Source: an uncultured Chloroflexia bacterium
Lineage (GTDB): Bacteria; Chloroflexota; Chloroflexia; Thermomicrobiales; UBA6265
Direction: 5' to 3'
NCBI GenBank assembly: GCA_963724295.1
Contig: CAVRUC010000006.1
Span: 1 to 64,000, forward strand
Length of the DNA stretch: 64,000 bases
This document shows positions 61,964 to 64,000 of this stretch, piece by piece. A program made the position numbers and the translations under genes. Below the pieces are notes generated by a model. The model did no database searches and was not told the origin of the DNA. It saw only the letters and a list, made by a program, of their open reading frames with translations. Position 1 is the stretch's first letter, and each line of letters opens with the position of its first letter.

Positions 61964-62263
61964 TTGGCAAAGAAGAAGCAACAGTACCGCAAGCCGCCGG
62001 TCCGCTCCGCCGCCCCGGCGGCGCCGACCGAAGAGCGCGTCCGCCGCGAGAACCCGGACGCCATCACCGTTGACGGCAGAGTGATCGACGCGCTGCCGAA
62101 CGCGATGTTCACCGTCGAGCTGGAAAACGAGCACACGGTGCTCAGCTACCTGGGCGGCAAGATGCGCAAGAACTACATCCGCGTGCTGCCGGGTGACCGC
62201 GTGACCGTGGAGCTTTCTCCCTACGATCTCACGCGAGGGCGGATTACCTTCCGGCACCGGTAG
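61964..62263 (+). CDS. infA: translation initiation factor IF-1 with N-terminal extension
   Basis: GAGGAGG RBS, TTG start; [13 protein letters not shown]...[33 protein letters not shown]. Confidence 0.95.
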   Translation: MAKKKQQYRKPPVRSAAPAAPTEERVRRENPDAITVDGRVIDALPNAMFTVELENEHTVLSYLGGKMRKNYIRVLPGDRVTVELSPYDLTRGRITFRHR

Positions 62264-62291
62264 GTCTCTCTTTTCATCATCGTCCATAGGC

Positions 62292-62329
62292 AATGCCGGA
62301 GGCGCGTTTGTCGCTCCTTCGGCATTCTT
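62292..62329 (+). terminator. putative intrinsic terminator after infA
   Basis: AATGCCGGAGG...CCTTCGGCATT stem followed by CTT. Confidence 0.45.
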
Positions 62330-62495
62330 GCACTTGCAAGCACGAGCATGGGATCTCAGATGGATAGAAGCTGAGGCCCGTTGTCATCTGATACCCCCCG
62401 TGCGGGCGAATTCCACATCAGGGCAGGCAGGCGAGCAGGCACTCGAGCGGTCGCGGAACGATATCGTGAGGCAGGTGAACGCCGTGGCAGGATCG

Positions 62496-63312
62496 ATGGG
62501 GCAAAACGGCATCGCTTCGGTAAACGGCGCGCGGGTTGCGTATGACGTGGCTGGCAGTGGGCTGCCCGTGCTATTGCTGCATGCCGGGATCGGCGACCGG
62601 CGGATGTGGGACGCCCAGGTTCCCGCCTTCGCCGAGCACTTCACGGTGATCCGCTTCGATGCCCGTGGCTTCGGGGAGACCCGCAAGCCGGACGCATCCT
62701 ACTCGCCTCACGCGGATGCGATCGCGCTCCTGGACCATCTCGACATATCGCGGGCGCATTTCGTCGGCGTCTCTATGGGCAGCCAGACGGCCATCGAGAC
62801 GGCGATCGCCGCGCCCGAGCGGGTCTCGGCTCTCGTCGCCGTCGCGGCGCGGACCGGGACACCGGTGTCACCGGCCCTCCGCGCCGGATGGGATCGGGTG
62901 GACGAGCTCTACGAGGCGGGGGATATCGCGGGCGCGGTCGAATTCGAGCTTCGGATGTGGGTGGACGGTCCGGATCGGGGTCCAGAGGCGGTTGACCCTG
63001 AGATGCGCGAGCGGGTGCGCGAGATGAACGCCGCCCTCTTCGTCCGCGACGACGATGCTGGCGAGGAAATCCCACTCGACCCGCCCGCCGCCGAGCGGCT
63101 GGCGGAGATCTCCGCTCCGACCCTGATCATCTATGGCGACAAGGACGTTCATGGACGTCCGCGAGGCGGCTGGTCCGCTGGCTGCCACGATCCCAGGCGC
63201 CCGGCTGGCGGTCATCCCGGACGCGGCCCATCTCCCGCAGATGGAGCGGCCAGAGCTCTTCAACGAGATCGTCCTCGGGTTCCTGCTCGGGCTGGGTTCG
63301 GAACGGGACTGA
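62496..63312 (+). CDS. alpha/beta fold hydrolase, frameshift near 63150
   Basis: LLHAGIGDRRMW, FDARGFG, GVSMG, PTLIIYGDKD; IPDAAHLPQMERP in a second frame. Confidence 0.88.
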
Positions 63313-64000
63313 TCGCGCCGCCCGGCACTCAGCCTTTTCGCTCGGAGCTAGCCTCCGCTCGCCATCTTCGCGGCGCAGCACGCCCACGAGCTCACCATTG
63401 GCAGTGGAAACGATGATGCTGCCAGTCCTCCGCTTCTGCATGCGTGCGACCAACGTGTCGAGCGACGCGCTGGGGCGGACCGTCGTCGGCCCCGCTTCCA
63501 TCACCGCCTCCGCCGTCTGCTCGGGATCACCATCGAGCGACTCGCCGCGGAGGCGACCCAGGACCACTCGCTGGTCGTTGACGACGATGGAGCTCGTCTT
63601 CCCCGCCGCCCCGAGGCGGTCGCGCACGTCGCCCAGCCGGTCATGCAAGGCGCAGGTTGGTGTGTCTCGATCCGCCACGTCTCCGGCGCGTGGGGTGGCG
63701 GCGTCAGGTCCTTCCGTGGGGAGCCCCATGGTCAGCCAGCCGTCCTTGCCGGGGGTGTAGCGATAGACGCGGGTGAACCCGAGTGATTCGAGCCGCCACG
63801 CGGCCCGGGCGCTCATGTCTCAGGTCCATTCCCAGCAGTAGGTGATCACCGGCCGGTTCGGATCGAGGTGGGCGGTCGTCTCCCGGTCGAGCGATTTGAT
63901 GGGCAAGCTCACCGCGCCGGGGAGCCGCTCGGCGTCGTAGCCTTCGGGTTCCCGCACGTCCAGGAGGTAGGCACCGGCCGCGATCAGCTGTTGCACCTCG
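63127..64000 (-). CDS. rhodanese-CBS domain protein, candidate selenoprotein (in-frame UGA 63820-63822); 5' end outside the window, 3' end uncertain
   Basis: LLDVREPEGY...LPGAVSLP...PVITYCWEWT-UGA-DMSARAAWRLESLGF..VYRYTPGK..W forms one continuous rhodanese domain, followed by a CBS pair. Confidence 0.82.
63781..63822 (-). promoter_or_regulatory. bacterial SECIS-like hairpin
   Basis: UGA-N12-CGGGCCGC GUG GCGGCUCG: 8-bp stem, G-first loop 20 nt after the UGA. Confidence 0.65.

Overview
High-GC bacterial DNA from an error-prone, long-read-like assembly with many single-base frameshifts. It appears to join two sources. Positions 1-~4860 look actinobacterial (Thermoleophilia-like) and carry rpoB, a DUF427-like gene and a truncated membrane-protein gene. 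The rest looks like Chloroflexota (Thermomicrobiales-like); both taxonomic calls are inferences. The main part encodes a sugar ABC/GH38 mannosidase cluster, cydAB, several regulators (WYL, LAL-LuxR, AraC, OmpR-type two-component system), many hydrolases and oxidoreductases, pncB, a DEAD-box helicase and infA. The ORF track misses several signals: (1) two genes with an in-frame UGA at a Cys-equivalent site, each followed by a SECIS-like hairpin (a MerB-like organometallic lyase and a rhodanese-CBS protein), i.e. candidate selenoproteins; (2) a tandem pair of ~95-nt non-coding RNA genes, each with a near-consensus sigma70 promoter, conserved hairpins and compensatory changes; (3) long structured 5' leaders before a 'KxxVRARMAKTGERY' protein and before the DEAD-box helicase; (4) an S531N-type rifampicin-pocket substitution in an rpoB with no downstream rpoC; (5) a hicA toxin with an internal deletion; (6) REP-like cruciform elements and short tandem repeats.
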